The notes under the pieces: model-generated
What the model saw: the letters and a program-made list of their open reading frames with translations, nothing else
Databases searched by the model: none
Told to the model about the DNA's origin: nothing
Shown here: one piece after another, positions 62,375 to 64,000 of the stretch
Numbering within the stretch: position 1 is the stretch's first letter
How the letters are laid out: every line of letters begins with the position of its first letter
Position numbers and translations under genes: made by a program
Assembly: GCA_036396795.1 (NCBI GenBank)
Contig: DASWKF010000103.1
Coordinates: 4,170-68,169 of the forward strand
DNA from: Gammaproteobacteria bacterium
GTDB taxonomy: Bacteria; Pseudomonadota; Gammaproteobacteria; Steroidobacterales; Rariloculaceae
Direction: 5' to 3'
Length of the DNA: 64,000 bases

Positions 62375-64000
62375 TCAGCGCGGTTGCGAGACGACGTCGA
62401 TGAACGCGGGCTCGCCGCTGTCGACGACGTCCAGCGCACGCTGCATCGCGCTCCGCAGATCGCCTGGATTCGTGATCGGCCCTTCGGACCAGACGCCCAT
62501 GCCTTTGGCGATCATCGCCAGATCGGGTGGCGGATTGTCGAGCTCGTTGCCGACCCTGGAGCTGCCGTCGGCGCCCCGCTGGCGCCGCGCGGCCATGCGC
62601 TGCAGATGCATGAACTCCTGGTGGTAACCGCGGTTGTTGTGCGTGATCGTCAGCATCGGAATGCCGTGATGCGCCGCGGTCCAGAACACGCCCGGCACGT
62701 ACATCATGTCGCCGTCGGTCTGAATGTTTATCGGCAAGCGCCCGTGCGCCCGATGCGCGAGCGCCGCGCCCACCGCGGCGGGCGCGCCGTAACCGACACC
62801 GGCGCCCCCGGAGCGGCCGATGTGCTGATAGTGACGCTCGATGGGCCAGAGGCGATAGGCCCAGTTGCTCTGGCGTCCGTCGTCGGAAACCAATGCCCAA
62901 TCGCGGTTCTGCACCAGCTGCCAGAGCTCCATGTAGATGCGCGCCGTGCTCACGGGGGATGCGTCCCAGCCGTAGCGCGCCGCGTCGATCGCTTGCGTGC
63001 GTGCCCGCTCGTGCGCCGCGCGCCAGCGCCGCTCGCGCTCGGCGTTGCTCGTCCGCCGCGCCCGCGACATCTGCCGCTCGACTTCCTCGAGCAGCGACGG
63101 CAGCGTCGCTTGCGCGTCACCGGCGATGGAAAGGTCCGAAGCGTTGTAGCGCTGGAAGCTCTGGTAATTCGATTTCGTGAATAAATCCTTGACGCCGATG
63201 TCGATGACTCGCGCGTCCGGGCGCGCCACGCGCTGCGAGTCGCGATGCACGCGATCGCGTAGATTGTGCAGCAGGCCCCAGGTGTCGTAGAGCTCGAGCC
63301 CGAGGATCACGTCGGCTTCCCCGACGACGCCGCCGCGCTGCGACAGATAGTGCGTGTTGGGGAAATTCATGCGTCCGGCCTGGTTGACGACTGGGGCCTG
63401 TAAGGCTTCGGCAAGCGCGATCAGATGCTCGATGCCTTCCTGATCGTTCGCCATGAGATCGGCCACGATCACCGGCGACTCGGCCTCGACGAGCCAACGC
63501 GCGGCCTCAGCGAGCGCCGCTTGATCGCCGCGCGGCGGTTGCGTTGTCGCCATCGCCGGAATCCCCGGCGTCTCGCCGGCCATGTCGTATTCCTGCAAGT
63601 GGCCGTCGATCGTCACCACCACGGGGCCCATCGGCGGCGTGGTGGCGATCTTGTAGGCACGCACCGTCGATTCGGAGAAGTGCTGCAAGGACATCGGCGT
63701 GTCGTCCCACTTGGTGTAGTCGCGAAGGACGCGCGCGGCATCCTGCGCCGAGTGCGACCACTCGACCCCGGAGCGCCTCTCGGTCGCATCCAGATGATTG
63801 CCGCCGAGAATGACCATCGGCGCGCGGTCGCACCAGGCGTTGTAGACCGCCATCGCGGCATGCTGCAAGCCGACCGTGCCGTGGCAGAGCACGCCGATCG
63901 GGCGGCCCGCTACCTTGGCGTAACCGTGCGCCATCGCGATCGCCTGCTCTTCGTGGGGACAGGTCAGGAGCTCGGGCTCGCTATTGCCGCCGTAGTTGAC
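62375..64000 (-). CDS. Thiamine-diphosphate-dependent enzyme (acetolactate synthase / benzoylformate decarboxylase / sulfoacetaldehyde acetyltransferase superfamily), 5' end outside window
   Basis: HEEQAIAMAHGYAKVAGRP...GLQHAAMAVYNAWCDRAPMV (Pyr domain) and GGAGVGYGAPAAVGAALA...INIQTDGDMMY...ITHNNRGY (PP domain, GDG..N motif). The reading frame continues upstream of the track ATG at 63934 to the window edge. Confidence 0.85.
   Translation of the reverse strand, partial: VNYGGNSEPELLTCPHEEQAIAMAHGYAKVAGRPIGVLCHGTVGLQHAAMAVYNAWCDRAPMVILGGNHLDATERRSGVEWSHSAQDAARVLRDYTKWDDTPMSLQHFSESTVRAYKIATTPPMGPVVVTIDGHLQEYDMAGETPGIPAMATTQPPRGDQAALAEAARWLVEAESPVIVADLMANDQEGIEHLIALAEALQAPVVNQAGRMNFPNTHYLSQRGGVVGEADVILGLELYDTWGLLHNLRDRVHRDSQRVARPDARVIDIGVKDLFTKSNYQSFQRYNASDLSIAGDAQATLPSLLEEVERQMSRARRTSNAERERRWRAAHERARTQAIDAARYGWDASPVSTARIYMELWQLVQNRDWALVSDDGRQSNWAYRLWPIERHYQHIGRSGGAGVGYGAPAAVGAALAHRAHGRLPINIQTDGDMMYVPGVFWTAAHHGIPMLTITHNNRGYHQEFMHLQRMAARRQRGADGSSRVGNELDNPPPDLAMIAKGMGVWSEGPITNPGDLRSAMQRALDVVDSGEPAFIDVVSQPR

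Noticed and set aside
1-64000. Search for rRNA, tRNA, CRISPR arrays, IS elements, integrases or phage genes
   Set aside because: None recognised by eye. There are no regularly spaced direct repeats, no cloverleaf-like candidates in the longer intergenic gaps (22756-22952, 23823-24226, 30214-30427, 37541-38020, 38849-39064, 55476-55850) and no transposase or recombinase motifs. A covariance-model scan would still be needed to exclude small RNAs.

Overview
High-GC chromosomal segment, probably proteobacterial. By my count, ordinary 60-nt lines run at about 70% G+C (for example 44/60 at 25801). About 65 genes can be supported. Most long ORFs in the supplied track that oppose or overlap these genes are Arg/Ala/Pro-rich shadow frames typical of high-GC DNA.

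Content, left to right:
- Class II DAHP synthase (partial).
- NfeD-stomatin pair.
- PepSY / OmpR-type response regulator / histidine kinase module.
- Citramalate or isopropylmalate synthase.
- Several Sec/Tat-exported enzymes.
- TctCBA tricarboxylate transporter with a PrpD-like dehydratase.
- A roughly 4 kb low-GC islet (20.5-24.7 kb) holding two GNATs, a serine hydrolase and yaiI.
- A nicotinate-like N-heterocycle hydroxylation cluster: 2Fe-2S plus molybdenum hydroxylase, MFS transporter, NicC-like monooxygenase.
- An unusual number of secreted beta-propeller proteins, including three PAL-like NHL paralogues.
- Two tandem pairs of uncharacterised secreted proteins.
- A TPP enzyme / cytochrome c / PEP-mutase cluster (partial at the right edge).

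The best candidate for an undescribed system is the Tad/Flp pilus locus at 37.3-55.5 kb. It has a complete canonical gene set. This includes a 55-codon flp pilin gene that the ORF track misses. It also carries five in-line non-canonical genes: an AAA+ ATPase coupled to the prepilin peptidase, then a polysaccharide-copolymerase-like protein, a BY-kinase-like P-loop protein without a Tyr cluster, an ExeA/MshM-like ATPase and a Sel1-repeat protein.

I recognised no rRNA, tRNA, CRISPR array, transposase or integrase. All family assignments come from motifs read by eye. No database search was possible.
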